From the NCBI GenBank assembly GCA_964488645.1, contig CAZAVK010000002.1, forward strand, positions 64,830 through 128,829: DNA of 64,000 nt. Direction: 5' to 3'. The position numbers and the translations under genes were made by a program. Below the pieces are notes generated by a model. The model saw nothing but the letters and a program-made list of their open reading frames with translations. It had not been told where the DNA came from and ran no database searches. The DNA is from an uncultured Rikenella sp. (GTDB taxonomy: Bacteria; Bacteroidota; Bacteroidia; Bacteroidales; VadinHA17). Position 1 is the stretch's first letter, and every line of letters starts with the position of its first letter. Shown in pieces: positions 28,986 to 38,497 of the stretch.

Positions 28986-30320
28986 ATGAAAAAGGTAATC
29001 CTTTTAACTCTTACGTTGGTCCTGATGCTGAGTGCTTGCCGCTCATATGAATCAGGCGAGCTGACAGGCGTTCCGGGAAGGAAGAGGTTCTATGAGCCTG
29101 AGCCGTTTGAGATGGCCTTTATCCCGGCCGGCTCCTTTGTTATGGGGCCCAGTGACCAGGATCCGCTCCGTGCCATGAACAGCCTCTCGAAGACTGTCAC
29201 CGTTGAAGCATTCTGGATGGACCAGACAGAGATCACCAATAATAAATACCGCCAGTTCGTATACTGGGTCCGTGACTCCATCCTTCGCACCCGCCTGGGC
29301 GAGGAGGGTATCGACGGCTATGAGTTCTTCAAGACTGACGAAGACGGTAATGAGATTGAGCCCAACGTACTGAACTGGAAGGAGAAGATCGACTGGAAGG
29401 ATGAGAACGTGCGTGCCGTTGCCGAAACCATGTACTACCCCCCCGAAGAGCGGTTCAACTCGAACAAGCAGTGGGACACCCGGCTTCTGAACTACTCATA
29501 CTTCTGGGTTGATTACAGGCAGGCAGCCAAGGCCAGGTACAACTACAAGGAGCAGAAGTACGAAGGTACCGTTACCGATCTTGAGGGCAACACCACCGAG
29601 ATCAAGGACCGCTCATCGTTCATCATGCATCATGTGGTGAACATCTATCCTGACACCCTTGCCTGGATCAGGGACTTCACCTACTCATTCAATGAGCCGT
29701 GGGCCACTCTCTACTTCTGGCATCCCGGCTATGATGACTATCCCGTTGTGGGCGTCTCGTGGGTGCAGGCCCGTGCCTTCAGCGTGTGGCGCACCAACTT
29801 CATGAATGAGCATCTGCGCGAACAGAGTATCCCCGATGTGCACAACTACCGTCTCCCGCTGGAGACCGAGTGGGAGTATGCTGCCCGCGGCGGCCTCGAC
29901 CTCTCGATGTACCCGTGGGGAGGCCCCTACACCCGCAACTACCAGGGCTGCTTCCTGGCCAACTTCAAGCCGCTGCGGGGCAACTATATCGATGACGGCG
30001 CAGTATATACAATTAAGGTGGCATCATTCGAGCCGAACGAGTACGGTCTCTTCGACATGGCCGGCAACGTCTCGGAATGGACCTCCTGCGCATACCACCC
30101 CTCATCATATGTCTTCACCCATGACCTTAACCCCGACTATGAATACAATGCCCGTCCTGACGATCCGCCGGTACTCAAGCGCAAGGTCATCAGGGGCGGC
30201 TCATGGAAGGATATAGCACTCTTCCTGCAGACATCAACCAGGGATTATGAATACCAGGATTCCACAAAGTCATTTGTCGGATTCCGTAACGTAAGAACAT
30301 ACATAGGAGTCAATAACTAA
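28986..30320 (+). CDS. gldK: Gliding motility / T9SS lipoprotein GldK (PorK)
   Basis: Lipobox LSAC, SUMF1/FGE-type domain (WEYAARGG, RGGSWKD), and position before gldLMN. Confidence 0.9.
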   Translation: MKKVILLTLTLVLMLSACRSYESGELTGVPGRKRFYEPEPFEMAFIPAGSFVMGPSDQDPLRAMNSLSKTVTVEAFWMDQTEITNNKYRQFVYWVRDSILRTRLGEEGIDGYEFFKTDEDGNEIEPNVLNWKEKIDWKDENVRAVAETMYYPPEERFNSNKQWDTRLLNYSYFWVDYRQAAKARYNYKEQKYEGTVTDLEGNTTEIKDRSSFIMHHVVNIYPDTLAWIRDFTYSFNEPWATLYFWHPGYDDYPVVGVSWVQARAFSVWRTNFMNEHLREQSIPDVHNYRLPLETEWEYAARGGLDLSMYPWGGPYTRNYQGCFLANFKPLRGNYIDDGAVYTIKVASFEPNEYGLFDMAGNVSEWTSCAYHPSSYVFTHDLNPDYEYNARPDDPPVLKRKVIRGGSWKDIALFLQTSTRDYEYQDSTKSFVGFRNVRTYIGVNN

Positions 30321-30354
30321 CCAAATATCTCGTCAAACTTAAAACTGAAAAAAT

Positions 30355-31209
30355 ATGGGCCTCTCGGAAATTGTTCATACAAGTAAGTGGAAAGGATTCA
30401 TGTCCAAACTCTACGGCTGGGGTGCATCAGTCGTGATTCTCGGCGCTCTCTTCAAGATTCAGCACTGGCCTCTTGCAGGAGCCTTCCTTTCCATAGGTCT
30501 TATCACTGAGTCTGTTATCTTCTTCTTCTCGGCGTTCGAGCCTCTCCAGGAGGCACCTGACTGGAAGCTCGTCTATCCGCAGCTCGACCCGAACTACACC
30601 GGTGAGCCGGTAGGGTTCCTCGGTGGCGGCGGCGGTGGCGGCGCTATCGGCGGCGGTGGCGGACTGTCACAGTTCGACAAGATGCTTGCCGAGGCAGGCA
30701 TCACCCCTGATGTGTTCGACCGTCTGAGCCATGGGCTGAAGAAGCTGACGGAGACAACCAATAACTTCAATGCCATGGGTGATCTGGCTGCCACCACCAG
30801 TGAGTACACCAGTACCATCAAGAAGGCGAATGAGTCACTCATGCACCTCTCCGAGTCGGTCAAGGAGACCGTACAGGCGATGCATAACACCAGTCCGGCC
30901 TACCAGGCCATCGGCGAGTCAACAAAGAGCATTGAGGCCGGCGGCAGATCATACCATGAGAAGCTTGAGGCACTCAACAAGAACCTCTCTGCCCTCAATG
31001 CAGCATATGAGCTGCAGCTGCGCGGCGCCAATGATCACGTCAGGGGTGCTGAGCAGGTCTACAAGGGTATCGAGGGGCTGATGCATGACCTGGCCGGGTC
31101 AGCCGATGACACAAAGAAATACCGTGAACAGGTGGCCAGACTCAATGAGAACCTCAGCTCACTGAACAATGTATACGGCAACATGCTTGCCGCAATGAAT
31201 GTGAAGTAA
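30355..31209 (+). CDS. gldL: Gliding motility / T9SS protein GldL (PorL)
   Basis: Two N-terminal transmembrane helices with GASVVILGALFKIQHWP and a conserved Glu in GLITESVIFF, followed by a cytoplasmic helical region. Confidence 0.85.
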   Translation: MGLSEIVHTSKWKGFMSKLYGWGASVVILGALFKIQHWPLAGAFLSIGLITESVIFFFSAFEPLQEAPDWKLVYPQLDPNYTGEPVGFLGGGGGGGAIGGGGGLSQFDKMLAEAGITPDVFDRLSHGLKKLTETTNNFNAMGDLAATTSEYTSTIKKANESLMHLSESVKETVQAMHNTSPAYQAIGESTKSIEAGGRSYHEKLEALNKNLSALNAAYELQLRGANDHVRGAEQVYKGIEGLMHDLAGSADDTKKYREQVARLNENLSSLNNVYGNMLAAMNVK

Positions 31210-31256
31210 CGCAGGGTTGACAACACCATATCAGTTAATACCTAAACTATCTGCAA

Positions 31257-32900
31257 ATGGCTAAGGGAAAAGAAACCCCACGGCAAAAGATGATCGGGAT
31301 GCTTTACCTCATCCTGACGGCAATGCTTGCCCTGAACGTATCTAAGGAGGCGGTAGAGGCTTTCAAAAAGGTTGACCTTAGCCTCACCAAGACCACCGCA
31401 AACTATATTGTGAGAAACAATATCACCTATGCGGAGTTTGATGCTGCAGCGGCCGACAATCCTGATAAAGCCGGGAAATGGAGGACTAAGGCATATGACG
31501 TGAAGGAGCTTGCCGATGAGCTTTACGACTACATACAGGATCTCAAGATCGAGATCATCACCAAGGCTGAGGGGCCTGAGTCACCTGCCCTGCTGCCTGA
31601 TGGTCAGATTGATGTCACCAAGGTGAAGAAGATCGATGAGAACAACATCCCGTCAGAGGTGCTTATCGGTTCCGGTCAGGCCGGCAAGGGTAACAGCCTC
31701 AAGAGCCTTATCGAGAATTACCGTGAGTCGCTGATAGAGACTCTCGAGGGAAGAGACCCCAATACCGAGCACTCGATACTCGACATCCTCAACACCGATG
31801 ATCCGAAGAACCTGAGCGGCACCGGAACAGAAACCTGGATCAATGCACAGTTCCAGACCCTGCCGCTGGTTGCTGCCATCACCATGCTCTCAAAGATGCA
31901 GGCTGACGTGCGCAACGCCGAGGCTGACATGCTCAACTTCCTCTACACACAGATCGATGCCAGCTCCTTCAGGTTCAACAAGATCATCCCCACGGTCATT
32001 CCCAACTCAACCTATATCATGCAGGGCAATGACTATGAGGCACGTGTCTTCGTAGCAGCTACCGACACCACCCAGGCACTCGATATCTTCGTGGGGCCCT
32101 ATACCACAAAAACCAACCCTGACGGTTCGCTGACATACATACCGTCAGAATCGGCCACCAAACTCCCCACCGACAAGTCAGGGATAGGTGTCTACAGGAC
32201 AAGGGCAACCTCCACCGGCGACAAGTCATGGGGCGGTGTCATCAAGATGAAGGCTCCTGACGGCACTGAACGTACCTACGCATTCGACTCGAAGTACTCG
32301 GTGGCCGTACCCAACGTGGTGGTGTCACCCACAGCCATGAACGTGCTCTACCAGGGTATTGACAACCCGATCGACATTTCGGTCCCGGGCGTGGGATCTG
32401 ACAAGCTCACTGTGCGGATGACTAACGGTGACATCAAGAGAGGCAAGTACAAGAATTTCCGTGGCGATTATATAGCACAGCCGCGTACCGTTGGCCAGAA
32501 CGCACAGATAATCGTCTCAGCGAATATCGACGGCAGGACACAGACCTTCCCGCCGGTAGACTTTAGGGTAAGGCGTCTGCCCGACCCCGAAGCCAGGTTC
32601 GCCAACATGAAGGAGGGAAACATACTGAAGAGTGTGGCCGCTGCACAGCAGGTGGTGGTGGCAGTACTCGAGAACTTTGAGTTCGACCTTACCTATACGG
32701 TAACCGGGTTTACGGTCTCGGTAAACGACAAGGGATATGAGATCACGGCTGAATCAGGAAACAACAGGATCACTGATAAGCAGAAGGGGCTTATCTCCAA
32801 CCTGCGTGCCGGACAGAAGCTTATTATAGAAAAGATTAAGGCAGTGGGCCCCGACGGCAGGACCAGGGACCTCAACCCGATTATCCTTCAGATTAATTAA
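31257..32900 (+). CDS. gldM: Gliding motility / T9SS protein GldM (PorM)
   Basis: N-terminal KMIGMLYLILTAMLALNVS, typical of GldM. 547 aa. Confidence 0.88.
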   Translation: MAKGKETPRQKMIGMLYLILTAMLALNVSKEAVEAFKKVDLSLTKTTANYIVRNNITYAEFDAAAADNPDKAGKWRTKAYDVKELADELYDYIQDLKIEIITKAEGPESPALLPDGQIDVTKVKKIDENNIPSEVLIGSGQAGKGNSLKSLIENYRESLIETLEGRDPNTEHSILDILNTDDPKNLSGTGTETWINAQFQTLPLVAAITMLSKMQADVRNAEADMLNFLYTQIDASSFRFNKIIPTVIPNSTYIMQGNDYEARVFVAATDTTQALDIFVGPYTTKTNPDGSLTYIPSESATKLPTDKSGIGVYRTRATSTGDKSWGGVIKMKAPDGTERTYAFDSKYSVAVPNVVVSPTAMNVLYQGIDNPIDISVPGVGSDKLTVRMTNGDIKRGKYKNFRGDYIAQPRTVGQNAQIIVSANIDGRTQTFPPVDFRVRRLPDPEARFANMKEGNILKSVAAAQQVVVAVLENFEFDLTYTVTGFTVSVNDKGYEITAESGNNRITDKQKGLISNLRAGQKLIIEKIKAVGPDGRTRDLNPIILQIN

Positions 32901-32918
32901 CCAGTGAAAGTAAGAACC

Positions 32919-33773
32919 ATGAAGAGGAGACTAGTGGCAGGCCTTGCCGGTCTGCTGATCTGCACGGGAATGATGGCACAGTCATTCGGCGATATCTATA
33001 CCAAGCACATGATTGAGAACGAGAAGATCAATTACACCTATCTCGATGAGGCGGACGTGATCTGGTCGAAGAGGCTCTACCGCATTATTGACCTGAGGGA
33101 GAAGATGAACCTCAATCTCTACTACCCCACGCTGAGGTATGATGCCGAGAAGAAGCGCTTCACCTCTGACATGTCAGACGGCAGACTCAACTTCTCGGGC
33201 ATACTGCTCAATGAGGTGCTTGCGGGGAACGTACCTGTCACCGATGGTGACGTGATGACGGTGCCCACCACCTACGATGACATTGCCGCCAAAATGAACC
33301 GCGGCACGCGTACCATATCCGTCGTCGGGGAGGACGGCCTGGAACACGACACCGAAGTGACCGAAATGGAGAACCCTTCAGACATCAAGCAGCTGATGGT
33401 ACTCGAGGAGTGGTACTTTGACAAGAAACACTCCCGCCTCGACGTGCGCATCATCGGTATATGCCCGATCTATATGGGATATGACCCGATAACCGCAAGG
33501 CTTATCAAGAGACGCCTCTTCTGGATCAGGTATGAGGATGTGCGGCAGGCTCTGGCCACTCACGAGGCATTCAACTCATTCAATGATGCACAGCGCCTCT
33601 CATTCGAAGACCTGATGCTGCAGCGCCGCTTTGACGGATATATCGTGGCCGAGTCAAACGTCTATGATGACCGGTCAATCAACCAGTACAAGCTTGGCCC
33701 GGCACAGATATTCGAGGCTGAGCGCATCAAGAACGAAATATTCAATTTTGAACAGGACCTTTGGGAGTACTAA
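32919..33773 (+). CDS. gldN: Gliding motility / T9SS protein GldN (PorN)
   Basis: Signal peptide and LEEWYFDKKHSRLDVRIIGICP. I prefer the ATG at 32919 over the GTG at 32904. Confidence 0.85.
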   Translation: MKRRLVAGLAGLLICTGMMAQSFGDIYTKHMIENEKINYTYLDEADVIWSKRLYRIIDLREKMNLNLYYPTLRYDAEKKRFTSDMSDGRLNFSGILLNEVLAGNVPVTDGDVMTVPTTYDDIAAKMNRGTRTISVVGEDGLEHDTEVTEMENPSDIKQLMVLEEWYFDKKHSRLDVRIIGICPIYMGYDPITARLIKRRLFWIRYEDVRQALATHEAFNSFNDAQRLSFEDLMLQRRFDGYIVAESNVYDDRSINQYKLGPAQIFEAERIKNEIFNFEQDLWEY

Positions 33774-33800
33774 CACCCGGTTATTTTTCAGGGTAATGAG

Positions 33801-33836
33801 AGAGAGAGAGGCCGCAAGACCTCTCTCTGTTTTTTC
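33801..33836 (+). terminator. Rho-independent terminator of the porP-gldKLMN operon
   Basis: AGAGAGAGG-ccgcaaga-CCTCTCTCT (9-bp stem) followed by GTTTTTT. Confidence 0.7.
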
Positions 33837-33903
33837 CCCTTTTGTGACTCCCCCGCCCTGTGAGGACTGTGACCGTACACGGTTTCGCCCGGAATGCCGC
33901 CGC

Positions 33904-34989
33904 CTAGAGGTATTTCTCACCGGCCTCACGGCCGACATCATCGAGGTAGTGCCTGATATTCTGCTCCTGCTCACGTGAGACGATCAGCAGCACATCGCCG
34001 CTGTCGATGATCACATAGTCGTCAAGCCCCTGTATCACTGCGATTTTCCCCTCCGGGAGACTGATAATGTTGCCTTCGGAGTTGTATGTGAAAGCCTTTG
34101 AGCCGAGCAGCGCATTCTCATTCCGGTCATGCTCAGAGTGAAGGTAGAGTGATCCCCAGGTTCCCAGGTCAGACCACCCCAGGTCGGTTGTCTTGACGTA
34201 TACATTGTCAGCCTTCTCCATTATGCCATAGTCAACCGAAATACTGCTGCACTGTGCATAGGCCCTGGTGATGAATCCCTTCTCACTGTCAGTGCCGAAT
34301 AGCTCCTTCCCCTCGTTGAAGGTGTGGAACACATCCGGCAGGTGCTTGTCATAGGCCTCCAGTATGGTTGTGGCCTTCCAGATGAATATACCGCTGTTCC
34401 AGTAGAAGTCTCCGCTCTCGAGAAACAGTTTTGCCATTTCCAGTCCGGGCTTCTCGGTGAATGCCTTCACCTTGTAGAGGCTCTCATGCCCCTGCACCGG
34501 CTGGGCAACGTTGGCCTGTATATACCCATAACCGGTCTCCGGCCTGTCAGGCTCAATACCCAGGGTGAGCAGTGCATTGTTCTCTGCTGCAAAGGTGTAT
34601 GCCTCATTCATCACCCTGCGGAACTCATCCTCCTTGCTGATCAGGTGATCGGAAGGGGCAACGGCTATCACGGCATCCGGGTTACCCGCCATGATCCGGA
34701 AAACCCCGTATGCAATACACGGAGCGGTATTGCGCCTGAGCGGCTCCGAGAGCACGTTGCCGGGGTCAATGCCCAGCTGGCTGATGACCAGGGCACTGCT
34801 CTCCTCGCTTGTAACCACATAGATGTTCTCAGGCGGACAGATATCACGGAAGCGGCGATAGGTGAGCTGAATCAGCGTCTCACCCGTGCCAAGGATATCC
34901 AGGAACTGTTTGGGGTTTTCTTTCCTGCTCAACGGCCAGAAGCGGCTTCCGACACCGCCGGCCATAATCAGCAGATAGCGATTCTTCAT
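33904..34989 (-). CDS. Mannose-1-phosphate guanylyltransferase
   Basis: MAGGVGSRFWPLSR nucleotidyltransferase motif. About 360 aa, ManC-type without the isomerase domain. Confidence 0.85.
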   Translation of the reverse strand: MKNRYLLIMAGGVGSRFWPLSRKENPKQFLDILGTGETLIQLTYRRFRDICPPENIYVVTSEESSALVISQLGIDPGNVLSEPLRRNTAPCIAYGVFRIMAGNPDAVIAVAPSDHLISKEDEFRRVMNEAYTFAAENNALLTLGIEPDRPETGYGYIQANVAQPVQGHESLYKVKAFTEKPGLEMAKLFLESGDFYWNSGIFIWKATTILEAYDKHLPDVFHTFNEGKELFGTDSEKGFITRAYAQCSSISVDYGIMEKADNVYVKTTDLGWSDLGTWGSLYLHSEHDRNENALLGSKAFTYNSEGNIISLPEGKIAVIQGLDDYVIIDSGDVLLIVSREQEQNIRHYLDDVGREAGEKYL

Positions 34990-35016
34990 AACTCATTGAA
35001 TAGAAATGGACAGTTG

Positions 35017-35024
35017 CAAATATA
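35017..35024 (-). promoter_or_regulatory. Candidate -7 promoter box (TAnnTTTG)
   Basis: The reverse complement reads TATATTTG, 27 nt upstream of the ATG at 34989. Confidence 0.4.
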
Positions 35025-35215
35025 TAAAAACCCTTCAGTTTATTCCTCCCCATGGCAGATAGTGCTCTTTTTTGTAAAATGTCAAACCGCCGGAAAGCCG
35101 GGGTGAGGCCCTGCGCCCCGGAGGCTATCATCAGCTGCTTAAGCCGGAACGGGCGGATGACTCTTTTTGAGGCGGTAAAATCGGGTCAGTGCATTAAAAT
35201 CAGGTTGATTTTATG

Positions 35216-35223
35216 TAAGTTTG
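35216..35223 (+). promoter_or_regulatory. Candidate -7 promoter box (TAnnTTTG)
   Basis: TAAGTTTG lies 18 nt upstream of the ATG at 35242. Confidence 0.4.
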
Positions 35224-35241
35224 GGCTGACAAAAGTTACCG

Positions 35242-35985
35242 ATGTTCAGATTTCTTTCAGGATTTGGTTCGTACTGGATGTTGCTGGGCAAGGTCTTCTC
35301 GAAGCCTGAGAAGTCCCCGGTCTATTACCGTCAGACCATGAAGGAGTTCGTCAGCCTTGGGTTGCGATCAATTGGCATTGTTACCATCATCTCCTTTTTC
35401 ATGGGTGCGGTCATCACTCTTCAGACCGCCTACAACACAGAAAATCCCATCTATCCCACCTACCTGATCGGGCTTGGTGCGAGGGACTCGATCATACTCG
35501 AGTTCTCATCAACCATCGTGGCCCTTATCCTCGCCGGCAAGGTAGGTTCCAACATAGCATCCGAGATAGGCACCATGCGGGTGACCGAGCAGATTGACGC
35601 CCTCGAGCTGATGGGTGTCAACTCGGCCTCCTACATCATCCTGCCCAAGCTGGTGGCCACCATCCTCTTCAATCCCTTCCTCACCCTGATCAGCATCATC
35701 ACCGGCATCCTGGGCGGATGGATCGTAGGGACCAGTGCCGGGGTCATCACCTCCGAGAATTACATCTACGGGATACAGTACGCCTTCATTCCCTACTACA
35801 TCACCTACTCACTCATCAAGACCGTGGTCTTCGCCTTCATCATCACCACCGTCTCTGCCCACCAGGGATACAATGTGGAGGGGGGGTCGCTCGAAGTGGG
35901 CCGTGCCAGTACCAAGGCGGTGGTCTACAGCAGCGTGACCATACTGCTCTTCAACGTTATACTCACCCAGTTGCTGCTCTCATGA
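35242..35985 (+). CDS. MlaE-family ABC transporter permease
   Basis: Polytopic protein with MRVTEQIDALELMG, typical of MlaE/Ttg2B permeases. Confidence 0.85.
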   Translation: MFRFLSGFGSYWMLLGKVFSKPEKSPVYYRQTMKEFVSLGLRSIGIVTIISFFMGAVITLQTAYNTENPIYPTYLIGLGARDSIILEFSSTIVALILAGKVGSNIASEIGTMRVTEQIDALELMGVNSASYIILPKLVATILFNPFLTLISIITGILGGWIVGTSAGVITSENYIYGIQYAFIPYYITYSLIKTVVFAFIITTVSAHQGYNVEGGSLEVGRASTKAVVYSSVTILLFNVILTQLLLS

Positions 35986-36746
35986 TCAGGGCCGAAAATA
36001 TCCATCTCTCATTTGGTAACCGCAAGGTGCTTACCGATATCTCAGCCGAATTCGAACCCGGCAAGACCAACCTGATCATCGGCAAGAGCGGATCGGGAAA
36101 GACCGTCTTCCTGAAGTGCCTCGTGGGCCTGCTCACCGCCGACGAGGGGAAGATCTGGTATGACGATATTCTCTTCACCGGGCTCGACTTCCGCGGCAAG
36201 AAACGGATCAGGCAGCAGATGGGGATGCTCTTCCAGGGCAGCGCCCTCTTTGACTCGCTGAGCGTTGAGGAGAATGTGCGGTTCCCGCTCGACATGTTCA
36301 CCACCATGACTCCTTCCGAGAAGCTTGATCGCGTCAACTTCTGCCTTGACAGGGTGAACATAGTCAACTCCAACCACCTCTTCCCGTCAGAGCTGTCGGG
36401 AGGCATGAAGAAACGGGTGGCAATTGCCCGCGCCATAGTGCTCAAGCCCAGGTTCCTCTTCTGTGACGAACCCAACTCGGGCCTCGACCCGAAGACATCA
36501 ATAGTGATTGACGAACTGATCAGGGAGATCACCATTGAACTGAACATGACCACCATCGTCAATACCCATGACATGAACTCGGTGATGGAGAACGGCGAGA
36601 AGATCATCTTCATTGAAGAGGGCGAGAAGTGCTGGGAGGGGAACAAGGACGAGATACTCAAGTCTGACTGCACCAGGCTCAACGACTTCGTCTTTGCCAA
36701 TTCGCTGGCGAGACAGCTGAAAGAGACAACCAATAACGGGAAGTAA
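35982..36746 (+). CDS. MlaF-like ABC transporter ATP-binding protein
   Basis: Walker A GKSGSGKT, signature LSGGMKKR, Walker B LFCDEP. The ATG at 35982 overlaps the mlaE-like stop (ATGA). The 88-codon upstream extension in the ORF track overlaps the mlaE-like gene and is rejected. Confidence 0.88.
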   Translation: MIRAENIHLSFGNRKVLTDISAEFEPGKTNLIIGKSGSGKTVFLKCLVGLLTADEGKIWYDDILFTGLDFRGKKRIRQQMGMLFQGSALFDSLSVEENVRFPLDMFTTMTPSEKLDRVNFCLDRVNIVNSNHLFPSELSGGMKKRVAIARAIVLKPRFLFCDEPNSGLDPKTSIVIDELIREITIELNMTTIVNTHDMNSVMENGEKIIFIEEGEKCWEGNKDEILKSDCTRLNDFVFANSLARQLKETTNNGK

Positions 36747-36772
36747 CCCTTTCTGCTTCACTCTACCCGGAT

Positions 36773-36961
36773 GGCCGGCACCCGGAGCTGCCCCAGAAAT
36801 CCTGATTCCGTACTGACCTGACCTGTGCTGGCCGGCACCCGGAGCTGCCTCAGAAACCCTGATTCTGTACTGACCTGACCTGCGATGGCCGGCACCCGGA
36901 GCTGCCCCAGAAATCCTGATTCCGTACTGACCTGACCTGCGATGGCCGGCTCCCGGAGCTG
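36773..36961. repeat. Tandem repeat, 57-bp period, about 3.3 copies (36773, 36830, 36887, 36944)
   Basis: ggccggcacccggagctgcc(c/t)cagaaa(t/c)cctgattc(c/t)gtactgacctgacctg(tgct/cgat), read directly. The copies differ at 3-5 positions. Confidence 0.9.
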
Positions 36962-36977
36962 ATCTGTAATGATCAGC
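36958..36977. terminator. Palindromic hairpin at the end of the repeat array (possible bidirectional terminator)
   Basis: GCTGATC-tgtaat-GATCAGC (7-bp stem) between convergent genes. No U-tract. Confidence 0.3.
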
Positions 36978-36985
36978 ACGTGATC

Positions 36986-38452
36986 CTACATCGGCGGGAG
37001 CGGGCGTTCAGGCTGCCGGTTGCCGAACACCAGGTTGAGCCCCAGCCTGACATGCACCGTATACCAGTTTTCAGGCAACGGATAGGTGCCCGTTCCGGAG
37101 CTGTTGGTCACCCTGGTCCACCTCAGCGGTATATTGTCGACCATGGCAAAGAACTGCGTATATCCTCCCCTGGCAGCTATCCCGAACCCTATGTTGTCAT
37201 ACCTCCTGTTGGCAATTGTATAGGCCAGGCTGGTTGAAAAGGCATTCCCGAAGTTGAAATTCCCCGAAAGGGTCACCGACTGGCGTGCGCGTCCGCCGCC
37301 AAACTGTGTCTGTGACAGCACCCCGGCGGTGAAGAAGTTCACCGGTTTATAGCTGAACGCGGCGACAAATGATGTGGGCAGGGCGGTTGTAAAGGGCGGT
37401 GGAGAGACATCCGGCACCATCACCTCCTGTATGGAATCTATGGCCCAGTTGAGTAGCTCATCAAAGAATTCGACCGATCCGTCATAGACATCCTGCATGG
37501 TGAGGCCATTGAAATCGAAGGTGGCATCTATCGTCAGCCGTGACAGGTCCCGCTTCCACCTGATGAAGCCAAGGTTATTGAGTGCCGCCGATACGGCAAA
37601 GAGGTCATTGATACGGTACTCGGCTCCCAGGTCTATACCGGCTCCCGGGTTGGCCATGCCCAGGAGATATGACATGGTGCCGTTGAGACTGTTGAACTGA
37701 TCGTCATGAAACTCCATCCCGTGAACAGATCCGTCATCCTCAGTGGTGAAGCTGACCGGTGCACTGACATTCAGAACAATATCAGCATTGGCGGTATGGG
37801 TGCCGTCACTGTTGACAGTGAGGGTGGTTCGGTTGTTGCGCATATGGGCAGTGGCTATCCCCGACAGCACCTTGATACGGCCTCCCACGCGGAAGTTGTC
37901 GGCAATGCTGAAGGAAGCCCCCAGTCCGATCTCATTGTAAATGTTCATGTCAAACCTGAAAGATGAGAGGTCGAGGCTCCTGCCGATGAAGTTATCATTT
38001 CCTGTGAGTCCGAGCCTGAGCATATCGCCGGGGAAGTTCAGGCCTGCTCCCGCATGTGTGGTGATATCGAGTGAGAGCCTGATATCATCATGGAGCGTGA
38101 ATGCCAGTCCGAACAGCCTGACGTCGGCCCGAGGCACAAGTGAGTTGTTCTTCCCCAGCCGGCCTGCAAACTGCTCAACCCAGGGTCCTCCCTCCAGGAA
38201 AGTGAGGGTTGTGTCTGAGATAACACCTCCGGAGAAGAGATCAGAAAAGCTGAGGAAGTTGTTATCGAGCCTGACGGATATATCTGATATACCCGGCAGT
38301 CCGACAAATGTACGCCCTGTAGGCTTGAGAGCCGGGTTGAGGGTACTCTTCTGGGGCAGGTCCATGAAGTAGAGGACCTGGCTCGACTGGCTATACACTG
38401 CGGTGCCGGCAGTCAGCAGCAGCACAATCAGTAAAACTCTGAATTTCAACAT
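36986..38452 (-). CDS. Putative outer-membrane beta-barrel protein of unknown function
   Basis: Signal peptide (LLLTAGTAVYSQ), an alternating beta-strand-like pattern throughout, and an aromatic-rich C-terminal strand region. ATG at 38452 (MLKFRVL). Only 6 nt separate it from the upstream gene. Confidence 0.5.
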   Translation of the reverse strand: MLKFRVLLIVLLLTAGTAVYSQSSQVLYFMDLPQKSTLNPALKPTGRTFVGLPGISDISVRLDNNFLSFSDLFSGGVISDTTLTFLEGGPWVEQFAGRLGKNNSLVPRADVRLFGLAFTLHDDIRLSLDITTHAGAGLNFPGDMLRLGLTGNDNFIGRSLDLSSFRFDMNIYNEIGLGASFSIADNFRVGGRIKVLSGIATAHMRNNRTTLTVNSDGTHTANADIVLNVSAPVSFTTEDDGSVHGMEFHDDQFNSLNGTMSYLLGMANPGAGIDLGAEYRINDLFAVSAALNNLGFIRWKRDLSRLTIDATFDFNGLTMQDVYDGSVEFFDELLNWAIDSIQEVMVPDVSPPPFTTALPTSFVAAFSYKPVNFFTAGVLSQTQFGGGRARQSVTLSGNFNFGNAFSTSLAYTIANRRYDNIGFGIAARGGYTQFFAMVDNIPLRWTRVTNSSGTGTYPLPENWYTVHVRLGLNLVFGNRQPERPLPPM

Positions 38453-38497
38453 CCTGTTTGGTTTAGCAGTGAAGAATTGCAATAACGCCAATGGGCT

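Noticed and set aside
28640-29050. Local AT-rich patch at the porP 3' end and gldK 5' end, as a possible recombination junction.
   Set aside because: Line-by-line counts give 40-53% GC, which is within the variation seen in other membrane-protein and signal-peptide regions here. There is no discontinuity in reading frames.
35718-35981. 88-codon N-terminal extension of the MlaF-like ORF.
   Set aside because: It overlaps the mlaE-like gene in another frame and reads as His/Arg/Leu-rich nonsense. The conserved ABC N-terminus starts at the ATG at 35982, which overlaps the mlaE-like stop.
36773-36961. CRISPR array, considered for this and the other direct-repeat clusters.
   Set aside because: The units are contiguous with no unique spacers, there are only 2-3 copies, and there are no cas genes. 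These are plain tandem repeats.
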